A stretch of 64,000 bases of DNA from Desulfobacterales bacterium (GTDB taxonomy: Bacteria > Desulfobacterota > Desulfobacteria > Desulfobacterales > JAIPEE01). The notes under the pieces are model-generated. The model searched no databases and was not told where the DNA came from. It saw only the letters and a list, made by a program, of their open reading frames with translations. Of this stretch, positions 18,695 through 27,433 are shown piece after piece (positions within the stretch are counted from its first letter, which is position 1; every line of letters starts with the position of its first letter). The stretch spans positions 8,970 through 72,969 of the forward strand of contig JAIPEE010000018.1 in the NCBI GenBank assembly GCA_021737275.1, read 5' to 3'. A program made the translations under genes and the position numbers.

Positions 18695-19936
18695 TTAAAT
18701 GGTTATTATTTCAAAGTTTTCTCCGGTAAGGCTCTTCCCGCCATCTGCCGTAACTTCGAATGTATTTTCAACACCCACCATACCGAAATCCGGAATACCT
18801 ATTTTGGGTTCTACGGCTAACACCATACCTTCTTCAAGGGGCATATCAAAGCCCCCGGCCAGAGCAGGAAATTCATCTATAGCAAGGCCGATACCATGGC
18901 CGACAAAAAATACCTTGTTCCCATTCAGCCCCATAAACCCTTCCTGCCACTCCGAGTTTTCAGTTTTCTCAAGACATAAATTCCAGAGTTCATCCGGCCG
19001 GGTACCCGGCTTCAGACGCTCTGCAATACGGTTCTGAAGATCTGTACAAAAGGCTTGCGCTTTCAGCGCCTTAGCTGGAATATTTTTTTTATTGCCGAGC
19101 CAGTAAACCTGTGTCTTGTCCGACATGTAACCGGCATATGTAAACCCATTATCAATAGTAAGCGGCGTTCCTGCTGTCCATATGACATCTTCAGAACCGA
19201 TAAACGGAACAGCCGGATGCACACCACGAAGCCCCAAAGGGCCGTTAAAAACACTGGGATAATTACCACTGTCTCCGACCGAGATATGTCCCAGGTAAAC
19301 TTCCTCTCCATAGTTTTCCATCCTCAACATTCCAAGATGGCCTTCGGAAAAGAATACTTCTGAAACCTTGTGACCGATTTCCAGTTCACTCATGCCCTCC
19401 CGGATAAATACCGGGAGCAGCTCCGTCAAACATTTATTATGTCTGGCACCGGCCTCCCTGAGTATTTCAAGTTCCAGTTTTGTTTTTTTTGCCCGGCACA
19501 TACGGATGATTATATCCGCAGGAATGAACGAACAGTCCGCCATATATCCGGTAAGGCTGTTTGAAAGCGCCCATGTAAGGCCATTCATCTCGGCACCGAT
19601 TGTACAGGAAATGGTATATCCAAGATCTTTTAAAATGACTTCGATATCCTTATAAGAGCGAAACGGATAAATATGGTCTATGGGAGATTCCAGTTTTGCC
19701 CGTTCAACACCGCGTTTGCAGAGCAAAACAGGATCACCCTCAACAGGCAGCCATAAAACGCCGCTGGCAAATGATCCGGTAAAGTAATAAATATTTAAAC
19801 GGGAAAATATCAATAAACCTTCAGCCTGGGGAGAAAATCGGCCCATCAAATTCCTGCATCTCTCCCACCGAATTTTCAGCTCTTGTAATGAAACAATGTT
19901 ATTCAATATTTCTATCTCCTTAAACAATATTTTCAA
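18695..19936 (-). CDS. M24 family Xaa-Pro aminopeptidase-like protein
   Basis: The ORF is 413 aa with a creatinase/prolidase N-domain and a pita-bread C-domain (HGIGLAIDEFP, VLAVEPKIG, VGVENTFEVT). Confidence 0.8.
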   Translation of the reverse strand: MKILFKEIEILNNIVSLQELKIRWERCRNLMGRFSPQAEGLLIFSRLNIYYFTGSFASGVLWLPVEGDPVLLCKRGVERAKLESPIDHIYPFRSYKDIEVILKDLGYTISCTIGAEMNGLTWALSNSLTGYMADCSFIPADIIIRMCRAKKTKLELEILREAGARHNKCLTELLPVFIREGMSELEIGHKVSEVFFSEGHLGMLRMENYGEEVYLGHISVGDSGNYPSVFNGPLGLRGVHPAVPFIGSEDVIWTAGTPLTIDNGFTYAGYMSDKTQVYWLGNKKNIPAKALKAQAFCTDLQNRIAERLKPGTRPDELWNLCLEKTENSEWQEGFMGLNGNKVFFVGHGIGLAIDEFPALAGGFDMPLEEGMVLAVEPKIGIPDFGMVGVENTFEVTADGGKSLTGENFEIITI

Positions 19937-20026
19937 TAATACTGTTCATATATGTATGTATAGTGCCGGCAAAGGATACAATATATCACTGCAACACTGG
20001 GTAGTATGCCATTTCTTTACTAAGGG

Positions 20027-20701
20027 TCAATAGCGACTAATTGCATCATTAAGTTTATCAAGACTGCTTACCGTTAATGTGGGTTCTATCCCCCATGGGT
20101 CAAAGACCGCACCTTCAGATCTCTTTACCCATGCAGCCCGCATACCTGATGAAATTGCACCGATAACATCAAATGGATTACTTGAAATCATCCACGCGCT
20201 GTTTCCGGATGCCCCGGATGTTCTTAAAAAATGGCAGTATACAGCAGGATTCGGTTTAAATGATTTGATAGTGTCCGTACTGACAACCCCGAGAAAAAAT
20301 TCTTTTATGCCTGCTGTTGAAAGCAGCATATCAACAGCTTCTGCACTGCCGTTGGAAAATGCAAATATTCTGAAATTATCATTTTTAAACCGGGCCAATC
20401 CCTCTTTGACATCATTGAATGCAGGAAGTGTGCGGTAAGTGTCCAGAAGTTCGTTTTTTTGTTCTGCTGAGAATAATATCTTGAAGTAACTACAGGTATA
20501 GTCAAGTGCATTACGCGTACATACGGCAAAATTTTCATAATTTTGCATCAAACCCCGGCGAAAGGAATACTCCAGCTGTTTCTCCCGCCAGGTTTGAGAA
20601 AAAGCAAAAGCCTTGTCTCCCATGAACGTCTGTAATTTTGTAACAACACCGTGCGTATCAATTAATGTTCCATAAACGTCAAAAGCGAGTGTAATACTCA
20701 T
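20027..20701 (-). CDS. Haloacid dehalogenase type II (HAD superfamily)
   Basis: The LAFDVYGTLID nucleophile motif, SNGS and KPNPAVY are present in a 224-aa ORF. Confidence 0.8.
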   Translation of the reverse strand: MSITLAFDVYGTLIDTHGVVTKLQTFMGDKAFAFSQTWREKQLEYSFRRGLMQNYENFAVCTRNALDYTCSYFKILFSAEQKNELLDTYRTLPAFNDVKEGLARFKNDNFRIFAFSNGSAEAVDMLLSTAGIKEFFLGVVSTDTIKSFKPNPAVYCHFLRTSGASGNSAWMISSNPFDVIGAISSGMRAAWVKRSEGAVFDPWGIEPTLTVSSLDKLNDAISRY

Positions 20702-20710
20702 GATATCCCC

Positions 20711-21622
20711 CTATAAATTCCATAGACATAAAGCCGCATAAGCCCTGTAGGGTCGCCATTTTTCGGCAATTTTTATTATCTCTTTTCCGGATATTTTTTG
20801 GCCGTCTTTTGACAGCGCTTTAACAACACCTAAATCACCGGCAGGAAAACTGTCCATCATACCCAGACCCCTCATTGCAACATAGTTAACCGTCCAGTCA
20901 CCAATACCTTTAAGCGCAGAAAAATCTTTATAAAATTTATCAAAAGTCTGTTTAGCCGTCAGCTTTATATCACTGTTCAAAATAGCCCGGGCAACAACCC
21001 TTAATGTTGCTTGCCTTGTTTTGGTTATTCCCAGGCCTTCAAGATCTAATGCCAGAAGCTCTGAAGGGTTTGGGAAAAAAAGCGCCAATCCTTCAGGAAA
21101 ATTTTTATCACTTTTCAGTGCAGCTTTTGCAGCAATTCTTGTCGCCAGGGTGGTTGCGGCCTTCACGGTAATTTGCTGCCCAAGTACGGCTCTGACTACA
21201 AATTCAAATGTGTCAAAAACAATTGGCAAATGCGGTACATGGCCGTTTACCATACCTTTTGAAAGAAGCCGGTCTTTTGAAAATCTTTCATTTATACCTG
21301 TAAAGTCTGTATCAAGGTCAAACATCTTACGGACTTTATTATAAATTTTCTTATAAAATTTTATATCGCTGCAACCGATCCTTAATTCCAAAGCAGATTG
21401 TTCCGGGCGGTTTGTAACCGTAAAGAAGCCTTTTGTGTTCTCTGTTCTAAATGTTCTTCCGTAGCCATCCCCTGTTACCACTTCGACCCCTTCAATTACC
21501 CTGAGGCCTATAAAAGACAGTATCTCTTTGAAATTATACTGTTTCCCATATTTCAGCAAAAGCGTCGTATTATCCTGATTGATCTTTTGATCATTCAACT
21601 CATTTCTTATCTTGTTTGACAT
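20711..21622 (-). CDS. DNA-3-methyladenine glycosylase 2 (AlkA-like, HhH-GPD)
   Basis: An AlkA N-terminal domain is followed by an HhH-GPD core (LGQQITVKAATTL, LKGIGDWTVNYVAMRGLG..D.FPAGDLGV). Confidence 0.75.
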   Translation of the reverse strand: MSNKIRNELNDQKINQDNTTLLLKYGKQYNFKEILSFIGLRVIEGVEVVTGDGYGRTFRTENTKGFFTVTNRPEQSALELRIGCSDIKFYKKIYNKVRKMFDLDTDFTGINERFSKDRLLSKGMVNGHVPHLPIVFDTFEFVVRAVLGQQITVKAATTLATRIAAKAALKSDKNFPEGLALFFPNPSELLALDLEGLGITKTRQATLRVVARAILNSDIKLTAKQTFDKFYKDFSALKGIGDWTVNYVAMRGLGMMDSFPAGDLGVVKALSKDGQKISGKEIIKIAEKWRPYRAYAALCLWNL

Positions 21623-21688
21623 GATTTTTTCCCGCTCTGCTGAATGATTTTTCCATTTTAATATTTTGTACTGTTCTTAATTATGCTG

Positions 21689-22408
21689 TTAATCCGATAG
21701 GTAGTACTCCACAGTAGAGACGACACGAATCTTTTTAATATGCGGGTTATTTTTGTCTCTGGCAGTTATGCTGAACTGGCCTTGATACGCTTTTTTTATT
21801 TTACCAAGCTTACTTTGTGAATCTGTCGCAAATTTTTCTGCAACTTCCCTGGCTTTTCTTGTCGCTTCTTCGATCATTTCAGGTTTAACTTCATTCAGCC
21901 TGTTGAAAATATACTCCGTTTGAGTTTGATAATTACCACCGGTAAAGACAATGCCTTTTTTACCGAGCTCAGACAATGACCCCATAACGGATTGTGCCGC
22001 ATCAATATTATTTGAATACACAGTAACAACCTGAAGCGCAGTATAGCGAAATTCAGGCTTTGTATTATTTCCATACTGCTGTGCGGATTTATCCGTAATT
22101 GCAGGGGAGGACAATGTTATTTCATTTGACTTAATACCGTTTTTTTCAAGAAATTCCTTGATTTTTGAAGTGCTCTCTTCGATTGAATTATACAGGCTTT
22201 CCAAATCATTACCGGCTGCTGTGAATTGAATAGGCCATATAACGATATCGGCTTTGTACTCTCGTTCAGACAGTCCTTTTACAGTCACACTCCTTTCATA
22301 CTGTTTATATTCAATCGCAGCGTTACCTAACAAATACCCCAGAACTGAAAGCCCCGAAAATAAAAATATCCCCAGGATGAAAGCGCTTACCTTAGTCTTT
22401 TCTTTCAT
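21689..22408 (-). CDS. SIMPL (DUF541) domain periplasmic protein
   Basis: An N-terminal TM/signal segment is followed by a SIMPL-like pattern (SVTVKGLSEREYKAD...). The ORF is 239 aa. Confidence 0.65.
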   Translation of the reverse strand: MKEKTKVSAFILGIFLFSGLSVLGYLLGNAAIEYKQYERSVTVKGLSEREYKADIVIWPIQFTAAGNDLESLYNSIEESTSKIKEFLEKNGIKSNEITLSSPAITDKSAQQYGNNTKPEFRYTALQVVTVYSNNIDAAQSVMGSLSELGKKGIVFTGGNYQTQTEYIFNRLNEVKPEMIEEATRKAREVAEKFATDSQSKLGKIKKAYQGQFSITARDKNNPHIKKIRVVSTVEYYLSD

Positions 22409-22481
22409 TTTATTCTCCTTTATGTATAACGGACCTGTAAGATATACTTTCAGACCCTTTTATATCTTTGACCTGAAAAGA

Positions 22482-23225
22482 TCAATGTCTGTAAGCAGTA
22501 TCGACCTGCTTGCAAACCAGCAGAATCTCACCAACCGCATCCGTATTTATCAGCCCTTCATGCAGATGGAGAGGTTTCTGACGACGTACCGTAAAAGGCA
22601 TAACCCGGTTATACCACCACATGGCGCGCGCTCGTCGATGTTTCAGAAACCACAGGCCAAAATCCAGAAAAATCGAAGGGCGGGGTTTCATGCCAAAAAC
22701 AGCACTGAGCTTAATCGTAAAACCATGTCGGAGCAACAGTGTCCGGATCTGCTGTGGTTCATAACGACGTCGATGACCGACGAAATCATCAAAATATGTC
22801 CACATATCGGGATGCAGCGGTGTTGACAGTAACAGGGTCGCGCCCTTTGTCGTAACCCTGGCTATTTCCGCCATCGCCCTATCATCATCATCCACATGTT
22901 CGATGATATCAAGGGCACACAAAAGATCGAACGTATGATCGGCAAAGGGCAAACTGTTAATGGGGGCAAGCGTGGGAATGCCGCCATGTGAAGCCAGCTT
23001 TGTCAAAGCCTGCATACTGATGTCGACAAATTGGGTACCGGCAATAGGCAATCGTGGCCGCAATCCGGGAGCTACTTCCAAACGGTTACGAGCTTTAGCC
23101 AGCATCGGACTGACTAATGGCCAGGTGTTAAAATGCTGCGGCTCAACCAGCCGGCAATCACGCCAGAGAGGTTCATAAAAGTTCCGGTTTGCATCCAACA
23201 GTTTGCTGTCATTAAGATCGTTCAA
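22482..23225 (-). CDS. Class I SAM-dependent methyltransferase
   Basis: The post-I/II region FDLLCALDIIEHVDDD..MAEIARVTTKGATLLLSTP is typical of the Methyltransf_11/23 families. Confidence 0.65.
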   Translation of the reverse strand: MNDLNDSKLLDANRNFYEPLWRDCRLVEPQHFNTWPLVSPMLAKARNRLEVAPGLRPRLPIAGTQFVDISMQALTKLASHGGIPTLAPINSLPFADHTFDLLCALDIIEHVDDDDRAMAEIARVTTKGATLLLSTPLHPDMWTYFDDFVGHRRRYEPQQIRTLLLRHGFTIKLSAVFGMKPRPSIFLDFGLWFLKHRRARAMWWYNRVMPFTVRRQKPLHLHEGLINTDAVGEILLVCKQVDTAYRH

Positions 23226-23376
23226 TATTATTACTATTCCATAATATAAAAGCGTTAGCAGATGGACCTTTTTAAAGAGCTGATATCACATATCAGGGTA
23301 CTCCCTTCAGACGCCTTTATTTACTATCTGATTTCCTTTAGTAATCTCTGGGTGTTGCGAAAAAAGAACGGCCGGC

Positions 23377-23868
23377 TCAGACATCATCTAAGCTTATGCC
23401 GGCTGATTGATCTTGTTCTTTCCGAAACTTATGCCGTAACGCTTCAACTCGTCTTCGGTTGGCCCCAAAGTCCCAATATCCAACACGGGAGGCAGAACGG
23501 ATATGAATCAGTTGATTGGCGGCATCCATCCTGAGCTCCATATCGTCCACGAATCTGAATAGCGTTGTTTTAAAGGTTATACCCATATAGTCGTTCTCTT
23601 TTCGCTCGATAGTTCCGCCCATTCCCAGTACTATCCGCTCCAGACGTATCCATGCGGTTTCGGATCTGCCCGTGAAGGTAAGAGGTTCAATTTGATTCGA
23701 CCCTGAAGAACCTTCGCTCGATACACAATTCGGGCTTTCAGGGCAGGGCGCCAGCTTGCCCCCGGCCATACCAACTGGCCTCTTGCCGGACGGCGCACAG
23801 GATAAAATCAACATTGCGAAAACCATCAGTCCGGATATTAAAAAGTACATTGGTTTTATTGTAATCAT
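23377..23868 (-). CDS. DUF1499 family lipoprotein
   Basis: The lipobox is LILSC. The conserved LAPCPESPNCVSS block is present. GGAG lies 8 nt before the second ATG (23868), so I prefer it over the track's 23883. Confidence 0.6.
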   Translation of the reverse strand: MITIKPMYFLISGLMVFAMLILSCAPSGKRPVGMAGGKLAPCPESPNCVSSEGSSGSNQIEPLTFTGRSETAWIRLERIVLGMGGTIERKENDYMGITFKTTLFRFVDDMELRMDAANQLIHIRSASRVGYWDFGANRRRVEALRHKFRKEQDQSAGISLDDV

Positions 23869-23932
23869 CTGTTCAACTCCCATATCGTTTAACGGAGATT
23901 TAAAGCATCAGCATTGGTAACGTGTCAGATAT

Positions 23933-24364
23933 TTACAGTTCTTTCTTGAAAGCACAGTACTCATCCGTCTTGTAACCGAGCGATCTGTAAAAATTCTGAG
24001 ATCCGATTCGATCGATATCGGTAATAAGCATTATGTAAGAGCAGTTATTGTCCTTTGCATACGTTTCAATATAGTGCATAAGTGCTGCGCCTACTCCTGA
24101 TCGCCGGTGATCTTCGTCAACTACCACATCTTCAATAACCATGAATGATTTACACTGGCCAAAGAGCATATCACATGTTACGGCTAATAGCGTTCCAATG
24201 ACTTTCCCGTTTTCTCTTGCGGCTAAAACAAGATGGTTTGAATTATCTTTGTTCTCCTCAAGATTTTTTTTCATTTTCGGAATTGAAATTTCATTGGAGA
24301 TAAGCTGCTGATATAAAACGGCTAATTCATGAATATCTTTTTCAGTTACGGGAGATATTTCCAT
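23933..24364 (-). CDS. GNAT family N-acetyltransferase
   Basis: The acetyl-CoA motif VVVDEDHRRSGVGAALM occurs in a 143-aa ORF. Confidence 0.8.
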   Translation of the reverse strand: MEISPVTEKDIHELAVLYQQLISNEISIPKMKKNLEENKDNSNHLVLAARENGKVIGTLLAVTCDMLFGQCKSFMVIEDVVVDEDHRRSGVGAALMHYIETYAKDNNCSYIMLITDIDRIGSQNFYRSLGYKTDEYCAFKKEL

Positions 24365-24453
24365 TTCAGATTCCTGATTTCAGTCAGACATAACCGTCAG
24401 ATAAAAAACCCTGATCATGGTTACGTATCTCAAATGATCATATATTACAAACT

Positions 24454-25617
24454 TCAAAACTCTTTGTTTTTTATGGTAAACAAAGCAAGAAACAGCATTG
24501 AAGCCAGTGTCAGTGTAACCGTAAATCCATCCGGATTTAAAAGCTGCATGCTGAACCCTGTGGCCAGAGGACCTAAAAGACTGCCAATGCCCCATACAAA
24601 TCCAAGGGTAGCATTAGCCGTTATTAATTCCGCACCTTTAAACTTCTGGCCAATCAGTGTTATGGTCACAATATAAATTCCACCCACTGCGCCACCAAGA
24701 AGAACCAGAACGGGCCACAGAAGAATGGGTATAGAAATGACAAAGGACAAAGAAGCCGCACAGACAAAAAATGCGATACCGCAAATAAGTAAAAGCGTGT
24801 ATCTTTTCATATTGTCGGCAAGCCATCCCAAAGGGATCTGAAGAACGGTGCCTCCTGCAACAAGCACGGTTACCATCATGGCAGCCGTGGAATCGGTATA
24901 TCCATGACGAACACCAAATATCGGCAATAATGAGATGGACGAAATGTCCATAAACGCATGAATCATAACGGCATAACAAAGCAGGGGTGCCATTTTCAAA
25001 AACAAAAACACATTAAAGCCGGATTTACCTTCCAGCCGGGGAATCCGGACCCTGGTAAAAAACAGCGGAATAGCACCGGCATATAAAATTAATGCCGCGA
25101 CAACAAACGGAAGCGGGCCCTTTGTACCCAGAAAATAGATAAGGACCGGGCCACCGGCAAAGCATAGCGAAAGCACCACGGAATAAAGTGAGATCAGCTT
25201 TCCCCTGTTCTTTTCAAATGCGATATGATTAATCAAGGTTTCACTGGTCGCAAAAAGAATTCCGTTTGCACAACCTAATACAAGTCTTAAAAACAGCCAG
25301 GCATAGATGCTTTCCATAAAAGGCAGAAGAAGAATACTGGTACCGCCTGTGAAAATGGCGGAATAAAGCGTGGAAGTGGACCCTGCAAAGGTAATAATCC
25401 TGGGAATAATAGGCGAAATGACAATAATTCCAAAAGCGGTCATGGATGCCACAAGCCCGATTAAACTGCTGCTGACCCCCCTGGCTTCAAGAACCAGGGA
25501 TATGAGGGGCGATGTAAGTCCGAGAGAAAGACCGACAATGGAAATGGATATGATAACGATTATCAGGATTTTCCAGCGATCGGATTTTGAAAGGTCCTGT
25601 TTATCAGGTAAAGCCAT
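24454..25617 (-). CDS. MFS transporter
   Basis: About 12 predicted hydrophobic segments occur in 387 aa, with an MFS-like loop pattern. Confidence 0.8.
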   Translation of the reverse strand: MALPDKQDLSKSDRWKILIIVIISISIVGLSLGLTSPLISLVLEARGVSSSLIGLVASMTAFGIIVISPIIPRIITFAGSTSTLYSAIFTGGTSILLLPFMESIYAWLFLRLVLGCANGILFATSETLINHIAFEKNRGKLISLYSVVLSLCFAGGPVLIYFLGTKGPLPFVVAALILYAGAIPLFFTRVRIPRLEGKSGFNVFLFLKMAPLLCYAVMIHAFMDISSISLLPIFGVRHGYTDSTAAMMVTVLVAGGTVLQIPLGWLADNMKRYTLLLICGIAFFVCAASLSFVISIPILLWPVLVLLGGAVGGIYIVTITLIGQKFKGAELITANATLGFVWGIGSLLGPLATGFSMQLLNPDGFTVTLTLASMLFLALFTIKNKEF

Positions 25618-25874
25618 GTGTAAACCTCAAATTGATGATACCATCTGTATTCTGAAATGAAAAACCGAAATGACGTTTACACGTATCCGATAAAATTTCA
25701 ACCAAAATCATATTTATTGTATTTTCAAAAACTTAGAAATATCTTTGACATAAGCTGCTTCTCTAATATCCCTCTCATACGCTGAAAAGTATTCAGCTGT
25801 CATGCCGTTATTAAGAGTCCCTATAATAATGTCGGTCATGATTATGCATAATAATCGGTTTTGTTCCGAACAAA

Positions 25875-26702
25875 TTATAACTGAGCAGATAGATCTTTAT
25901 ACAATCGACGCCCTTCCGCCTCAGTAACCAGAACACCAAGCTCATCGACCAGTATTCGCCTTAACTGTTCACAATCTCTGATCTTTTTTTTCTGCGTTCC
26001 GGACGTTGTGATCACCCGATATTCCAAATCATACAATGATCGGGTCTCTTGAGCCTGATTTAACGATACCACCAGGTGATTAACAAAAATCGCTTCAGGA
26101 TGACGGTGTGAATAAAAATGTCCCAGCTCACAATCGGCTTCACCGTATTGAGAAAGTTCAAACCGATATAGAGAAAAAAAATCACCGTCCCTGAATACCT
26201 GCAGATGAAACTCACCAGCGCTGCATTCCTCAATGCGGAAAACCTTATCACCATCATTCGATTCAGATCCCGACATGCTGACAGGAATCCTGGGCCCATC
26301 GGACCCGAAACCGGCATCAAGTAAATATTTCTGCCCCTCATATGTAACAACAGAAATTCTATGAGTTAAACCAGGGTGGATATCCTGGTTATAAATCACA
26401 CGCGCCAGGTAAAGTTCCGGCGAAAAGTTTAGATCTTCCAATATCCCGAAGAGTAAGCCGTTTTGTTCAAAACAATATCCGCCACGTCTGTTAACAACTA
26501 TTCGCTGAAACAGTGCCTCAAAATCCAACGGCAAATTTTCACCGAGCCGGCACCCAACACTGCTGAATGCAAAAGTGGCAACGTGCCGCTCAATAATATC
26601 ATTAAGAAACTTGAAGTCCGGTTGGCGATCGTTAAGACCAAGAATCTGAAGGTACTTTTGGACCATTTCACTTCGTTTCATTTGTGACTTTTCAGGTTGC
26701 AT
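25875..26702 (-). CDS. Arylamine N-acetyltransferase
   Basis: The catalytic Cys motif RRGGYCFEQN and the downstream H..L and D elements occur in 275 aa. Confidence 0.8.
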   Translation of the reverse strand: MQPEKSQMKRSEMVQKYLQILGLNDRQPDFKFLNDIIERHVATFAFSSVGCRLGENLPLDFEALFQRIVVNRRGGYCFEQNGLLFGILEDLNFSPELYLARVIYNQDIHPGLTHRISVVTYEGQKYLLDAGFGSDGPRIPVSMSGSESNDGDKVFRIEECSAGEFHLQVFRDGDFFSLYRFELSQYGEADCELGHFYSHRHPEAIFVNHLVVSLNQAQETRSLYDLEYRVITTSGTQKKKIRDCEQLRRILVDELGVLVTEAEGRRLYKDLSAQL

Positions 26703-27369
26703 ATCTCAATACAGCGATGAAGTGACATGCTGTACCCGCTATAACAAACAGGTGCCAGACAAAGTGTGCATACCGAATCCGCGGAGCGGCAAAAAAGACT
26801 ACCCCTGCTGTGTAAGCAGCGCCTCCTGCTATCAGCCAAAACAGACCCCGCGCCGGCATATTGAGCCACAGCGGCTTTACGGCAATTACAATGAGCCAGC
26901 CCATGGCAAGATACAGAAATGTTGAGAGTTTTTGGCATCTTACGCCCCCGACAGACTTGAGGACAATACCCATAACAGCCATACCCCAAACCAGCCCAAA
27001 CAGGGTCCAGCCCCAGGCACCTCGAAGAACGCCAAGCGTAAATGGCGTATATGTGCCCGCAATCAGCAGGAAGATGGCGCCGTGGTCAAGAATCTGGAAT
27101 ACCCGTTTTGCCTTATTTCTTGCCAGTGTGTGATAAAGTGTGGATGTGATATATAGCAGCACCATTGTAAAAGCAAAGATGCTTGCGCCCACAATGCCGG
27201 CAGCATTGTTATGCTGTACCGCAGAGATGACAAGAATCGGTGAGGTGGTGGCGGCCGCCAGAAAACCTACACCGTGGCTAATACTGTTCGCAATTTCCTC
27301 TCCACGGGTCTGGACTCGTTTTTGTGATTCGATTGGCCTGGTCATAAAAAAACAATCCTCTGTGGTCAT
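26692..27369 (-). CDS. Hemolysin III / PAQR family channel protein
   Basis: Seven TM segments, EEIANSISHG and the C-terminal HLFVIAGTACHF motifs are present. Confidence 0.8.
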   Translation of the reverse strand: MTTEDCFFMTRPIESQKRVQTRGEEIANSISHGVGFLAAATTSPILVISAVQHNNAAGIVGASIFAFTMVLLYITSTLYHTLARNKAKRVFQILDHGAIFLLIAGTYTPFTLGVLRGAWGWTLFGLVWGMAVMGIVLKSVGGVRCQKLSTFLYLAMGWLIVIAVKPLWLNMPARGLFWLIAGGAAYTAGVVFFAAPRIRYAHFVWHLFVIAGTACHFIAVLRYAT

Positions 27370-27433
27370 TTACTTAGCTCTGTCTGAAAAAACACTATAT
27401 ATTTGCACCCCGTATAAAAATTAATAGTTTGAG

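Noticed and set aside
22254-22826. A 190-aa + strand ORF bridging the SIMPL and methyltransferase genes.
   Set aside because: It overlaps both minus-strand genes in antisense and crosses their intergenic gap. It has no family resemblance.
25714-25839. A 41-codon minus-strand ORF (MTDIIIGTLNNGMTAEYFSAYERDIREAAYVKDISKFLKIQ) in the 257-bp gap between the NAT and MFS genes.
   Set aside because: It has no RBS-like sequence upstream of its ATG and no recognisable family. I cannot distinguish it from chance in an AT-rich spacer.
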